IMG/VR virus record: IMGVR_UViG_3300044708_000121
Location: 1 to 40,799 of that record
Length of the DNA stretch: 40,799 nucleotides
Origin: a virus
Lineage: Duplodnaviria > Caudoviricetes
Strand: one strand, 5' to 3'
The position numbers and the translations under genes were made by a program. Under the pieces are notes generated by a model that saw only the letters and a program-made list of their open reading frames with translations, did no database searches and was not told where the DNA came from. Positions 9,027 to 19,230 of this stretch are shown here, one piece after another. The number at the start of each line of letters is the position of its first letter. The first letter of the stretch is position 1.

Positions 9027-12000
9027 TAGCGTTGCCTGTCGCCGGTCGTCGCTCGCCTGGAGCTCATCGCGCGTTGCGTGTGCTCAAGTCGGCGATCCTC
9101 GACGTTTTGCGACATGGGGAAGCCCTCGACCGCATTCGCGAACGCATCCACATCCAGGCCCGGCGTGTTCTCCGGCGTCGGATAGAACAGCTGCATTTGC
9201 TGCCGCGCGACATCCCGGCCCATCGCTTCGTTCACCACATCGAGCCGGTGCTGCAGCTGGTCGTCGGTCTCATTCGGATGCGTCTTGCGCATGTCCGCGA
9301 GCACCTGGCGATCGAAATCAGCCTGCGCCGCCTGTTGCTGCGGCGAGAGCACCTGGCGGCCGGATAGGAGCTCTTCTTGCGGCGACGGGACGAATTGCTG
9401 TGCGGTCGTCGCCGGCTGCGCCGATCCTGGCCCGAGAAAACCAGGCCCGCCTTCCGTCGCCTTCCGCGCCGGCGCGCCCGTCGTCATGGGCTGCGCCGCC
9501 GGCGGCACGTAGCGTTCGATAACGCCCCTCATGTCCACGCGCGACGGATTGCCGGACGCATCCAGGAACCCGACAAATTCGTCCGCCGCACCTGGTCGGT
9601 ACATGCCAACCCAATAGACCGAGCTCCCCGGCTCCGTCGGCCTTAGCACCGCACCGCTGCCTAGCTGCGCCGACGTGAGCTCGCGCCCGGTACGATCGAA
9701 CACACCGCCCATGCGCGTCGTTTCGCTTGGATTGAGATTGATCCACGCGTCCTTGAATTTCCCCACCGGCAGGCCCGGCGTGATCGGCGTCTTGCGATAG
9801 TTCAGCGTTTCAACCGGGCCGTTGATATCGTCCCACGCTTGCTGCAATCCGCCGGTCGCGTTCTTGTCGTAGAGCTTGCCCTGGTTCTGGCGCCGTTGCG
9901 TATCGAGATCGAGAGTCATCTCGATCGCCTGCGTTTGCTGCGACGGATTTACAAAAAGTCCGCCCTTCGTATCGATGTGGGACAGCAGGTCGGAGCGGAC
10001 GGACTCCGACGCCTCTTTGGCTCTCTCGTCCGTCGCGCGCAGCACGCCGCCGCGCACGATATCGGCCGCGATGGTCGGCTGCTGGAACAGGATTTTGCGC
10101 ACGTTCTCGTTGGCATACTTTTCGCCGCCGATCGCCGTCACCGCGGCGATATAGGTTTCCCTGGTCGGCATCGATCCAGCCAACGCCCGCAAGATCGCAT
10201 GCTGCCCCGCGGCGCCGGCGTTCGACCATTGCGCCGACCATTGGTCCTTTTCCGCTTTCATCCATGGATTGCCGTCGCCGCCCTGCGCTCTCCGCGTTTG
10301 CTCTGCCTGGAGCCCGCGCTCGCGCAACGCCCGCGACGCCAGGGGATCGCCGGCGGCGGCCGCCGCCAGGTCCGCCGGCCCGATCGTGTACGCGCCCGAG
10401 CCTTGCCCCAGGAGGATCGGCTCTTCCTTTTGTGCGCGCTTGTTCTCCTGCAGCACCGCCTCTAATTGCTTGAGCGCCTTGAATTGCGCCGCGTTGGGAT
10501 CGGCGCCGATCGCCTCCAGGTTGCCGCGCATGCGCGTCACTTCGGCTTCGAGCCGCGGGATTTCCATCCCGCGCGCCGCCAGCTGGAACGGCCGCATCTG
10601 AATGAGTTGATTGAGCTCGCCGAGATAGGTGCAAGCCGCCTGGTTGCCGCGGTTACACGCCGCGTTGTTGAGCTCCAGCGCGTTCTTGATCCGAATGTCG
10701 GCAACGTCGCCCTTTTGTTTCAGTACCTCCACCACGTTGTCAGTGTCGCGATTGTACGCCGCCAGGCGGATCGCCTGTTGCGTCGCGTTGCTGTCCAACG
10801 CGTTAATGTCGCCCTTCGCGCCCTCGACGGTGCGATAGCGCATGTGCGGCGGCATACTCAGCAAGGTCCGGCCCGCCGGCGTGTCGGTGAGGATGCTCTG
10901 CTTTCGATGCAGCGCCTCACTCGCCTGCGAGGCTTCCTCCGCCGTGTTGAAGATTCCGAAATGCTTGCCGCCGCCTTGCTCCGGCGGCTTGTTGTATTGC
11001 GCGATCGCCTGGTCCGGTGTCAGCGCCTTTCCCCCGACCACCGTGGGGATCAGGATTTGCTTTCCGTCCTGTTCGAAACTCATCGACTTGACGGTCATCG
11101 GCTGTCCGGTCGCCGGGTCCGCCACTGGCTGCACGTCCAGAAGATTGATGTTGCCCGGCGTCACCAGGCCGGGGTCCTCCTGCGGCCGCGTCGCCATCTC
11201 CACGATCCCGCGCACCGCCGGCACGTCCTTCTGCGCCTGCAGCCGGAAATCGTCACCCTTCGCCTGCAGCACTTGGCCGTCATAGTGCGCGCCGAGGCTT
11301 TGCCGCTGCGCCGGCTGAATCCCCGGATAGTTTTTCGGATCGGCCAGGCGTGCCACGGTGCCGGCCGGATCGGCACGGCCGTCGTAATAGACTTCCGCCA
11401 GCGAGGTTTCGTGCCCGATCTTCGCCTTGCGCTGGAACCCTGCATGCCCGGTATACATCCCCGCTTGTACGTCTTTATCGATCTGCGCGTAGCGGTCGGC
11501 GAGGATCGCCTGTTGCTTTGCTTTGTCCTCCATGTTCGCCGAAAATTGCGTCAGCGCATTCGCATCGAGCGCATCCGCGGCGCCGCTCTGCGCGCTAATC
11601 GCACGGCTGCGCCCCGCGCTCGCCGCGGCGTTGACGCCGGCGATGATCCGCATGGTCATGCTGCGGTCGGCATCGGAGCGTCGGATCGGGTCCTGGATCG
11701 TTTCGAGCTTTTCTTTCTTGAGAGCTTCCAGGCTGATTTTGAGCTTGTCGGACGAAACGAAATAGTTGGGATCGTTGCTGCTGCCGTGCTCAAGCGCGTT
11801 CGCCTGCACCGCGAAATCGGTCAGCGCCAAGGTGGCGCGAACATGGTCCTCGCTGTTCGCCCACTTGATCGAGATCGCTTGCGCGACCTTTCCGGCTTCG
11901 GCGATCGCGGTGCCGACGGCCGCGGCGCCGGTTTCGAGCTCCGGCATCGCCGGCCCCGCTGCCGGCTGCACGAGAATGCCCGGCCCGCTTGGGGGCGTGC

Positions 12001-12028
12001 TCTTTGAGAAATAGTCCTCGGTTGCCAT
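9026..12028 (-). CDS. Internal virion protein, T7 gp15-position
   Basis: 1000 aa, Ala/Gln-rich and helical. Sits between the gp14-like gene and the other core genes, translationally coupled. Confidence 0.65.
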   Translation of the reverse strand: MATEDYFSKSTPPSGPGILVQPAAGPAMPELETGAAAVGTAIAEAGKVAQAISIKWANSEDHVRATLALTDFAVQANALEHGSSNDPNYFVSSDKLKISLEALKKEKLETIQDPIRRSDADRSMTMRIIAGVNAAASAGRSRAISAQSGAADALDANALTQFSANMEDKAKQQAILADRYAQIDKDVQAGMYTGHAGFQRKAKIGHETSLAEVYYDGRADPAGTVARLADPKNYPGIQPAQRQSLGAHYDGQVLQAKGDDFRLQAQKDVPAVRGIVEMATRPQEDPGLVTPGNINLLDVQPVADPATGQPMTVKSMSFEQDGKQILIPTVVGGKALTPDQAIAQYNKPPEQGGGKHFGIFNTAEEASQASEALHRKQSILTDTPAGRTLLSMPPHMRYRTVEGAKGDINALDSNATQQAIRLAAYNRDTDNVVEVLKQKGDVADIRIKNALELNNAACNRGNQAACTYLGELNQLIQMRPFQLAARGMEIPRLEAEVTRMRGNLEAIGADPNAAQFKALKQLEAVLQENKRAQKEEPILLGQGSGAYTIGPADLAAAAAGDPLASRALRERGLQAEQTRRAQGGDGNPWMKAEKDQWSAQWSNAGAAGQHAILRALAGSMPTRETYIAAVTAIGGEKYANENVRKILFQQPTIAADIVRGGVLRATDERAKEASESVRSDLLSHIDTKGGLFVNPSQQTQAIEMTLDLDTQRRQNQGKLYDKNATGGLQQAWDDINGPVETLNYRKTPITPGLPVGKFKDAWINLNPSETTRMGGVFDRTGRELTSAQLGSGAVLRPTEPGSSVYWVGMYRPGAADEFVGFLDASGNPSRVDMRGVIERYVPPAAQPMTTGAPARKATEGGPGFLGPGSAQPATTAQQFVPSPQEELLSGRQVLSPQQQAAQADFDRQVLADMRKTHPNETDDQLQHRLDVVNEAMGRDVARQQMQLFYPTPENTPGLDVDAFANAVEGFPMSQNVEDRRLEHTQRAMSSRRATTGDRQR

Positions 12029-12029
12029 T

Positions 12030-12632
12030 TTAGGTCGTCGTCCGTCCGCCGAAGAGTCCCGGCTGTTTCATCGCCACCGCTCCGCTCAATAGCGTCGTGC
12101 CGGCGCCGATCAGCGCCGCGGTCTTTACGTTGGACGCCGCTTCCATCGTGCTCGCATCGGAAATCCCGGCGGTGAAAACCTGGCCCTGCGCGCCCACCCC
12201 TTGCTGGCGGATGTTCGCCACCTTCATCAAAACGTCGGCGGCTTCCGTGGAACCTTGCGCCCGCACCATGTCGATATCGCTTTGAAACTGCATCGCGTTG
12301 CGCATGGTTATGAGCGCCGGCGAGCCGGTCGAGGGGTCGAGGTTGCGCGCCGCAGCGTCGGCCCGGTTGGCGCCTTCCAGCAAATCCTGCGCTTTACGGA
12401 TGCGGGTTTCCGCCAGCGCCGATTTCGCGAACGCCAGGCTTTGCGTCGTTTCCATAATGTCGGCTTCGGAATTGAGAAAGTTCACATTGCTTTTGGCGAT
12501 ATCGCTTTGCACGCGATAGATCGCGGCCTTGCTTGTGAGCTCCGCCGACTTCGCCTGGCCGGCCTTATATTGCCCGTAGGCCGAGACCGCCGTGCTGGCG
12601 CCGATCAGGACCGCCGAAACCGGATCGCACAT
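12030..12632 (-). CDS. Internal virion protein, T7 gp14-like
   Basis: Starts MCDPVSAVLIGASTAVSAYGQ, has an internal NLDPSTGSP motif and a C-terminal LIGAGTTLLSG, characteristic of this family. Follows tail tube B. Confidence 0.8.
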   Translation of the reverse strand: MCDPVSAVLIGASTAVSAYGQYKAGQAKSAELTSKAAIYRVQSDIAKSNVNFLNSEADIMETTQSLAFAKSALAETRIRKAQDLLEGANRADAAARNLDPSTGSPALITMRNAMQFQSDIDMVRAQGSTEAADVLMKVANIRQQGVGAQGQVFTAGISDASTMEAASNVKTAALIGAGTTLLSGAVAMKQPGLFGGRTTT

Positions 12633-14870
12633 CTAGGTTTCCTCCAGCTGCAGGCGCGGCGACAGGCCAAGGATGCTGCAGGGCATGGCGTCCTCGTTGA
12701 GGATGAACAGCTGCACCTCGTCGCCGATCTCGCATTCCACCTCCATGCGCAGCAGGCCCGAAATCAACTTGATCGGGGTGTGGTACGACTTGGCGCCGGT
12801 CTGCACGATCGGCTCCGTCGGGAGCTCGCCCTCTTTCGGCTTCGTTCCAATTTCCCCGCCGCCGGTGAAATTCACGAACAGGTTGACTTCGTGAACGCCC
12901 TTCTCCAGGCCGGTCGATGGCCCGGTTTGCGTCGTGACATTGCGCGGCAGGTCCAGGAGATAGCTGCGCATCGGCAACCCGACGAGCACCTGGCGGCCCG
13001 GTCGATCGAGCACCACCGATCCCCCGCTCACGGTCTTGCGATCCTGCATCGCGCCGTCCACGAACAACGCAACTTGCTGGAGCTCCAGGTGCGAGAGCCC
13101 GCCGACGATCGTTACCGGGTTGGGGAACACCGCGCCGAGCCCGCAATCGACATACCAGGCGCCCGACGCCGTCGGGTTGTTGGCATCGGCCGGCTCGAAA
13201 AACGTATTCAGCAATTCGATGTAGCGGCGTTGCTGTCCGTTGATCGTGCGGCGGACGATCATGTAAACGTCGTCTTTGCCGGCGCCGGGAATGCAGGCCA
13301 CGTCCTCAACAAACGCGTTGACCATCGGATGATGATGCACCGCGAGAACCTTCTGCTTTTCCATCCAGGTCAAACCGAGCAAGGTGCCGTTGTTCATCGC
13401 CATCCACAGGACCCGGTGCGGATCGCGTTGCCAGGCCATGATGTGCGGCCCGGCCGCGAACAGGTCGCGCACGCCGACGCTAGGTTCGTCGCTGCCGAGC
13501 TTGAGCGAGCCGCTGTCGGCGATATCGATTTTGCAGCGATTAAGCCGTTTGCCCGAGCGGCCGACAAACATGATGTTGTCATCGACCACCGAGACGATCT
13601 GCTTGGCCGAGCCTTCCTTGCTGTCCGGCGTCGGCGTGACGGTTTTCGCGGTGATCGGCCCGCCTTGGCTTCCGCCCGATACGCGCCACTCCACGTCGGT
13701 CGTGCCGATAATCAGCGGCCCCACGCTCGACGCCCATTGGATTTCGACCAGCGAGCCGTGCGCCTCCGGCGACAACAGCTTGCCGGAGAACGCCGCATCG
13801 TCCTCGCCGCTCTCTTCGAAATTCTCCGGGTCGTTCACCGAGGACGCCCAAAATTGATCTCCGCGGAATACCCACAACCGTTGCGCCGCCCAGGCGATAT
13901 TCGTCGGTTGCCCTGATTTGTCGGACCAGGCCCCGAGCCACCAGCGATAGGTCGCCTGTTGTTGCGTGCTCAGAGGCAACGGTTCCTCGACAAAGCCGAG
14001 CACTTGCGCGGCACTTAGAAACTGCGAAATCCGCACCACCCCATGATCGCCGTGCCGATAGGCCCAGATTCCGCCGTCGGTGCTGTCGCTGCGCACGATC
14101 CCGAACGTGTGCGTCGGCGGATTGATTCCGGTTCTCAGTCCGCCGACCGCCTCATAGACGTTGCCGTTGTAACGCCGGAACTCGCCGACGGCCAAAGGCT
14201 CGTCCGCCGCCCATTCCGGGATGAAACTCAGATTGCTTTCATCGAGGCGGATCACGCTGTTGACATGCCCCGGATCGAAGATCGACACGTTTGCCGTCAG
14301 CGTCACGAAAGCGCCAACCGCATAGATCGGCGCGTCGTTCTGCGTCACGATGATCGTTTGCGCCTGGTCGAGGTTCGGCAGTTGGAACGGGCCGCCCTTC
14401 GCCAGGAAAACTCTTTGCGTCCAGGAGGTCAAACCGACCCGGATTAGCACCTGGATCGTTAGTCGGCCGCTCGCAAGAAAGATCACGTTGCCGCGCGCAA
14501 CCGTGCGGATGTTGGGAATGTCCACATCGAGAAACGCGGTCCCGAGCTGAAACGGCAGTCCGGTTCCGGGGTTTATCACGTAGGCCCCGTTGCGGATGAA
14601 TTGCATGATCGAACCGCTCAAGACGATCATGTAGGAATCCGTCGCCGTGAATCGAAACGGGATCAGCAAAGACGGACTCGGTTCCGACCAAACCGTGTTG
14701 ACGAAGATCGAGCCCGGCCGCCTGGTCGCGCCGCCTTCGACCATGACAACGTAATTTTCCATGGCCTCGACGGAAATCTGATAGCGCGCCAGGTCGGTGC
14801 GCGCCCGCAATGCCCGTCCAATCTCACCGCCGGCGAATGAGACTCGCTCGATCAGCGCCCCGTCGGCCAT
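12633..14870 (-). CDS. Tail tubular protein B / nozzle (T7 gp12-like)
   Basis: 745 aa. N-terminus SFAGGEIG..L.ARTDL..Y...ENY.V...GGA.RRPG; later YVDCG and GLSHLE motifs. Confidence 0.9.
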   Translation of the reverse strand: MADGALIERVSFAGGEIGRALRARTDLARYQISVEAMENYVVMVEGGATRRPGSIFVNTVWSEPSPSLLIPFRFTATDSYMIVLSGSIMQFIRNGAYVINPGTGLPFQLGTAFLDVDIPNIRTVARGNVIFLASGRLTIQVLIRVGLTSWTQRVFLAKGGPFQLPNLDQAQTIIVTQNDAPIYAVGAFVTLTANVSIFDPGHVNSVIRLDESNLSFIPEWAADEPLAVGEFRRYNGNVYEAVGGLRTGINPPTHTFGIVRSDSTDGGIWAYRHGDHGVVRISQFLSAAQVLGFVEEPLPLSTQQQATYRWWLGAWSDKSGQPTNIAWAAQRLWVFRGDQFWASSVNDPENFEESGEDDAAFSGKLLSPEAHGSLVEIQWASSVGPLIIGTTDVEWRVSGGSQGGPITAKTVTPTPDSKEGSAKQIVSVVDDNIMFVGRSGKRLNRCKIDIADSGSLKLGSDEPSVGVRDLFAAGPHIMAWQRDPHRVLWMAMNNGTLLGLTWMEKQKVLAVHHHPMVNAFVEDVACIPGAGKDDVYMIVRRTINGQQRRYIELLNTFFEPADANNPTASGAWYVDCGLGAVFPNPVTIVGGLSHLELQQVALFVDGAMQDRKTVSGGSVVLDRPGRQVLVGLPMRSYLLDLPRNVTTQTGPSTGLEKGVHEVNLFVNFTGGGEIGTKPKEGELPTEPIVQTGAKSYHTPIKLISGLLRMEVECEIGDEVQLFILNEDAMPCSILGLSPRLQLEET

Positions 14871-14873
14871 GGA

Positions 14874-15551
14874 TCACCACCAACGCCATTTGCCGCCTGG
14901 CGATCGCCAGCCCTGCCGCGCCGAAATGATCGACGGCGTCTGCGTCAGCGTCTTGCGCGCCTTTTCTTTGGAATCGATCGTCGCGGCGTTGTCGAGCTCC
15001 TGCTGCGCGCGCGCGTGCAGGTCGGCGCCGAGCGAGCGCGAGCGGCCGAGCCGGCGCCCCATCATCGACGCGAGCTCAAAGGAAAACGCTTTCAGGAAAT
15101 CCGGCGACCACACCCGCACTTCCTCGATCCGCCTGGTGTAGCTCACCAGGGGCGAGCGGATATCGGAGACCAGGACCACGCCTTCGTGCTGCGGGCCGTC
15201 GTCGAGAATTTGCGCGGCCTCGGTTTCCCACTTGCCGTCGTCCTCATAAAACAGGTTGCCGATATCGTCGGCGAGGTAACGGATGCGCAGGCAGTTCTCC
15301 GGCATCGGGTAGCGGGTTTTGATCGGCCCAATGCTCTCGTTCACGTCCGCCATTGGCCGCGTCCAGGCCCGCGCGAAGCTCCACCACTTTTCCCGCAAGG
15401 TGCTATCGCGCACCATGGCGAAAAATTGCTTCGCCGCACGAGCTCGCGCAACGTCGTCTTTCAGGTCCGCGATCTCCGACAGGCCCAGGTGCCCGAGCGC
15501 CAGGTTTGCGGCTTCCGTTTCGGTCGCTGCCCGCGCGTAATTGCTCACCAT
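14874..15551 (-). CDS. Tail tubular protein A / adaptor (T7 gp11-like)
   Basis: ANLALGHLG...RDSTLRE..WSFA...YPMPENCLRI...F..A....LA motifs; position between capsid and tube B. Confidence 0.88.
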   Translation of the reverse strand: MVSNYARAATETEAANLALGHLGLSEIADLKDDVARARAAKQFFAMVRDSTLREKWWSFARAWTRPMADVNESIGPIKTRYPMPENCLRIRYLADDIGNLFYEDDGKWETEAAQILDDGPQHEGVVLVSDIRSPLVSYTRRIEEVRVWSPDFLKAFSFELASMMGRRLGRSRSLGADLHARAQQELDNAATIDSKEKARKTLTQTPSIISARQGWRSPGGKWRWW

Positions 15552-15554
15552 GGC

Positions 15555-16070
15555 CTAGCCCTGGCGGTAATATTTCAGCGCACAATGGATCTTCGTGTCG
15601 GCGACGCCGGCGCCGCCAACCACGGTCAGGAGCACGTCGAGCTCACCGCCGGGATCGCGCGGCAGGCCGGCGTGCTCCCAAAACCGTTGGCCGAGGTCGT
15701 TGATCCCGACATCGGTGCCGGCGGTATCCTGCAGGTCCACCAGCGGCCCGCCGCCCTGCAGCGACATGTCGAACTCGCCGAAGGCGTTGGGGTTGTCCTT
15801 GAACCCAAGCTGCACCGTGAGCCCGGTCGCGTCGTGCATGACCAGGCTCCCGGCGTCCAGCAAGCCGCTCGATGGCACGTAGCCGACAAAATAGCGCGAG
15901 CCGGGTTCGTCGCCTTCGCCGACTTCGACGGTCGAATTGACCGCTCGAATTTCGGCGCAACGAAACACGCTGTCGATCGCGTCCGGCGAGGTCGGATTGC
16001 GAAATCCGGTCCCGTAGCGGGTCGCGATCGGCGACTCCGGCGTCGCTTCCTTGGCGGCTTTCTTAACCAT
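15555..16070 (-). CDS. Virion structural protein (possible capsid cement/decoration)
   Basis: 171 aa, beta-rich, directly downstream of the major capsid gene. Function inferred from position only. Confidence 0.55.
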   Translation of the reverse strand: MVKKAAKEATPESPIATRYGTGFRNPTSPDAIDSVFRCAEIRAVNSTVEVGEGDEPGSRYFVGYVPSSGLLDAGSLVMHDATGLTVQLGFKDNPNAFGEFDMSLQGGGPLVDLQDTAGTDVGINDLGQRFWEHAGLPRDPGGELDVLLTVVGGAGVADTKIHCALKYYRQG

Positions 16071-16083
16071 CGAGCGGTCTCCG

Positions 16084-16989
16084 TTACTTGAGGGTGATGA
16101 TCTTCACGACCTTCTTGTCCTCGGAGCGGGTTGCCCCGCACCAATGCTCGATCATCGGATGCGGCCGCATCAACTTGTCCGGCCGCAACGGGACGTTGGT
16201 TTCGACGGGCGCGAAATCGCCATAGTGCATCCCGGATTTGCACCACAACGCCGCTTGGAAATGCGTCGCGTCGGCGTCGGCGATCGCGGCCGCCCCGTCG
16301 AGCGGCGGAAGGATCGTCACGTCGAGGATATCGACGCGCAGCGGTGCGTCGAGGACGTGCCGATCGCGATAGTCGCTGTTGATGTAGGTCAGGTCGCGGA
16401 AGAGCTCTTCCTGCTGCTGCGCGTTCAGGCCCAGGTACAGGTCCTCCATGCCGAGGTCCACCTGGTCCTCCTGCATCATCCGGCGTGCGCGGAGGATTTT
16501 GCGCACGTTCATTCCGGTCGGTGTGGCGTCGTCCGCCGGCCCGGCGCCGACGCCGACGGTAACGGTCTTGCCGGCCCACGCTGCAATCACGGCACCGTCG
16601 AGCCCGATCTGCCGGTCGCCGAAGATCGCGGCGGAATAGATCGTATCGCGAGCTCGCACGACCGAGGCAGCGCCGGCTTGGACGAACGGCGACTGATAAT
16701 CAGTGAGGGCTTTGATCGCGTCCTCTTTCTCGATCAGCTTGCCCCAGGCGATTTGCGTGGGTTGGACCCAAATCGGCTCGATCTGATTGTCGATGTTGGG
16801 GGTATCGGCGGCGCGCCCGAGATTGAGCACCGCGGTCGTCTGGCCGATCAATTCGAGGATTTCGGCTTTGCGCCCTTTGAGCGAGGGCTCGTACATGAAC
16901 GCGACTTCGAGTCGGCTGCGAATCTGTTGGACCGCGAGCTCGACATTCATTTGGTAAGTCAGTTTGTGTGCGTCGGTAATCGGACCCAT
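16084..16989 (-). CDS. Major capsid protein
   Basis: Start re-assigned to ATG 16989 after a GGAGG RBS (MGPITDAHKLTYQMNVELAVQQIRSRL). Ends ...GATRSEDKKVVKI, as in BPP-1/HTVC010P-like capsids; follows the scaffold region. Confidence 0.88.
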   Translation of the reverse strand: MGPITDAHKLTYQMNVELAVQQIRSRLEVAFMYEPSLKGRKAEILELIGQTTAVLNLGRAADTPNIDNQIEPIWVQPTQIAWGKLIEKEDAIKALTDYQSPFVQAGAASVVRARDTIYSAAIFGDRQIGLDGAVIAAWAGKTVTVGVGAGPADDATPTGMNVRKILRARRMMQEDQVDLGMEDLYLGLNAQQQEELFRDLTYINSDYRDRHVLDAPLRVDILDVTILPPLDGAAAIADADATHFQAALWCKSGMHYGDFAPVETNVPLRPDKLMRPHPMIEHWCGATRSEDKKVVKIITLK

Positions 16990-17274
16990 CGGTCCCTCCA
17001 TATCGATCGAAGCGCCGACGCACCGCTTGCGCGACACGCCGGACCTGTTGAAAATTTTGGGTTGCTTCGATCGGATATGCGTCGGGCTTGCGCCCGAGGG
17101 TCCGATCTACGGATTACGCCCCGGTAAGCGGCGCGACTTTCACGCGGGTCAGCCGGGTCCGGTTGCCCTGCCGGATATGCGGGCCGTCATGCGGGGGCCG
17201 CCGCATCGGGCAGGCGACCCCCGCTTCCTCGGAGGCGAACGTGAGCATTTCGCCAACAAGGAGGGCGGTTGCAG

Positions 17275-17302
17275 AAACTACGCCGATTCGCGCCGGCGTC
17301 AA
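17275..17302 (-). promoter_or_regulatory. Putative sigma70-type promoter for the capsid leader
   Basis: Minus strand TTGACG-N16-TAGTTT about 290 nt upstream of the capsid ATG. Confidence 0.45.
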
Positions 17303-17499
17303 CGTCGCTCGTTTCTTTTGGCCTTTATCGCATTCTCGCCGGCGCCCGTCGCTCCGAACGGGATCACCGGCGGCGGCGGCACCGGCTCCGTGCAGGCGAC
17401 GTTGACCAGGTCGTCGCCGGTCAGCCGCGCATCGAGAAACTGATTGCAGTCATCCAGCACGGTCAAGCGCAGGTCGCGCCACTGGTTATGGTTCGACAA
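17299..17499 (-). CDS. Hypothetical protein
   Basis: 66 aa with a GAGG RBS; fills the gap in the late operon. Confidence 0.45.
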   Translation of the reverse strand: MSNHNQWRDLRLTVLDDCNQFLDARLTGDDLVNVACTEPVPPPPVIPFGATGAGENAIKAKRNERR

Positions 17500-17508
17500 T
17501 TCTGCCTC

Positions 17509-17967
17509 CTATTCGATGGTTGTGTACTCCGCCGGGTCGGTTGTCGGCGTCGCCTTCGTGATGTGGGCGAGCTCCTGGTCGGCGATCTCCATGATCCAGC
17601 CGTGGCCGATCACGCGATATTTGCCATCCGGCACCTGGAGCTTGATCTGCCGCAGCACATGATCGCCCGGCACATCCCACTCGCCGTTCTCGACCGCCTC
17701 CGACGGCAAGTTGGACGACAGGTTTTCACTCAGCCGGCGGACGTAGGGCGACATATCGACCAGCGCCGGCGGCGTCTGCAGGCGCTCCGCTTCCGGCACC
17801 TGGATGAAAGGCGGCTCGTTGTCCGGCTCTGGCGCCTTGGCGCCGGTGTCCGCGACTGCCTGATATCCCGGCGGCGGCTCCTGTTCGACCGCCTCGTGCT
17901 TCTTCGGCATCGTTACTTTCTCCGTCTTGTGGCTCGCCGGTTTGGCGGCCTTGCGTTTTTTCGTCAT
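17509..17967 (-). CDS. Hypothetical protein
   Basis: 152 aa, GGAGGG RBS, ATGA overlap with the scaffold stop. Confidence 0.7.
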   Translation of the reverse strand: MTKKRKAAKPASHKTEKVTMPKKHEAVEQEPPPGYQAVADTGAKAPEPDNEPPFIQVPEAERLQTPPALVDMSPYVRRLSENLSSNLPSEAVENGEWDVPGDHVLRQIKLQVPDGKYRVIGHGWIMEIADQELAHITKATPTTDPAEYTTIE

Positions 17968-18947
17968 CCTGGCCCTCCATTCGCGCGTTGCGCGCGATCG
18001 AGCTCGTTGATTAGCTGCTGCCGGCGCGCCGTCGTGTCCTCGTAGAGCGGATCGCGGCGATCGTTCAGCACCTTGAGATTGTCGGACTCGAATTTCTTGA
18101 GCTCCGACCTAACAACCGAGGGCGATCGCCCCTGGCCGAAAGTTCCTCCGCCACCAGCTTGCGGCAAGTGTTCCTCCCCAATCATTTCGCCGAGCCTGGC
18201 GAAGGTGCGCACCAGGCCGGGCGCGCCCATGACCGCCTCCAGCTGGCGACTGTCCTCGACGCCGATCCCGGCCATGCGGAACACGCGTTGCGCCAGCGTC
18301 CGCTTGTTGTCGTAGTCGCCGCCCCAATCTTTGCGCAGCGCCGCCTCCGCCTCCTGCATCTGCCCGGCGATCGCCGTGCGCTGCCCGTTCACCGCTTCGT
18401 TGCCCCACTTGACCGCCCATTCCGCGAGCCCCTGCAGCTGCGACGGCGGCAGCTTGAGCTCGTGCCCCTTTTTCAGAATGCCGCCCCAAAATTCTTCGTT
18501 CAGAATCTCGCCGTCCGCCACCGTCGGCTTGGCGATCTTCTGCGAATAGCGGCCATAGTCGGCATCGTAGCCGAGCTCCGCGAAGCCATCCCATTCGTTG
18601 AGCTTCGCCGGGTCGGGCTTGAGCATCACGTTGCGATCGCGTGCGATGCGCTCGAAATCCGCGGTTGCTTTGACCAGGGCTTTCGGACTGTCCCAATTTT
18701 TCGACGTGATGTATTCGACCTGGCTCTGCTCGAGTCCAAGCGGCGCGTACCATGACGCGCCCGGCATTCCGCTCGCTCCGCCAGCTGGAGCTCCGCCAGG
18801 TGCCCCGCCGGCGGCGCCGGGACCACCGCCACCGCCGGCAGGTCCGCCGCCGGCGGGAGAGCCACCAGCCGCGCCGGCGCCGCCTGCAGCTGCGCCTTCC
18901 GGCGCCCGCAAGCCATACCGATAGAGTTCGAGATTATGCAGCAGCAT
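17964..18947 (-). CDS. Capsid scaffolding protein
   Basis: Gly/Ala/Pro-rich N-terminus, then KGHELKL...EAALRKDWGGDYD...LARLGEMIGEE; located between portal and capsid. Confidence 0.8.
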   Translation of the reverse strand: MLLHNLELYRYGLRAPEGAAAGGAGAAGGSPAGGGPAGGGGGPGAAGGAPGGAPAGGASGMPGASWYAPLGLEQSQVEYITSKNWDSPKALVKATADFERIARDRNVMLKPDPAKLNEWDGFAELGYDADYGRYSQKIAKPTVADGEILNEEFWGGILKKGHELKLPPSQLQGLAEWAVKWGNEAVNGQRTAIAGQMQEAEAALRKDWGGDYDNKRTLAQRVFRMAGIGVEDSRQLEAVMGAPGLVRTFARLGEMIGEEHLPQAGGGGTFGQGRSPSVVRSELKKFESDNLKVLNDRRDPLYEDTTARRQQLINELDRAQRANGGPG

Positions 18948-19230
18948 CGATCGCCTCCACGCGTTGCCGGTTGGTTTCGGCCAGGGCCATTGGATCGAGC
19001 CGCGTCAGCTGCAGGAGCTCAAGCACAGCGCGCCGCCGGCCTTCGGCGACGCCGGCCAGGAACAAGCTGTCGCTGTCCGGCCCAGGTCGGAAAACGAAAT
19101 TGCGTTGGCACATGTCGGCGAGCATCAATTTCGAATTGCGCAGCTGCGCATACTCCGCCGCCAGGCGCATCCGCTGGAGCTCGCCCGGCCACATTCGAAA
19201 CGCACGCTTCGCCCACTCCGTAACGGTCAC
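18934..19230 (-). CDS. Bbp19-like conserved virion morphogenesis protein
   Basis: GTG at 19230 overlaps the upstream stop. Motif MLADMCQ..F.......AEGRRRAVLELL; typical portal-scaffold position. Confidence 0.7.
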   Translation of the reverse strand: MTVTEWAKRAFRMWPGELQRMRLAAEYAQLRNSKLMLADMCQRNFVFRPGPDSDSLFLAGVAEGRRRAVLELLQLTRLDPMALAETNRQRVEAIDAAA

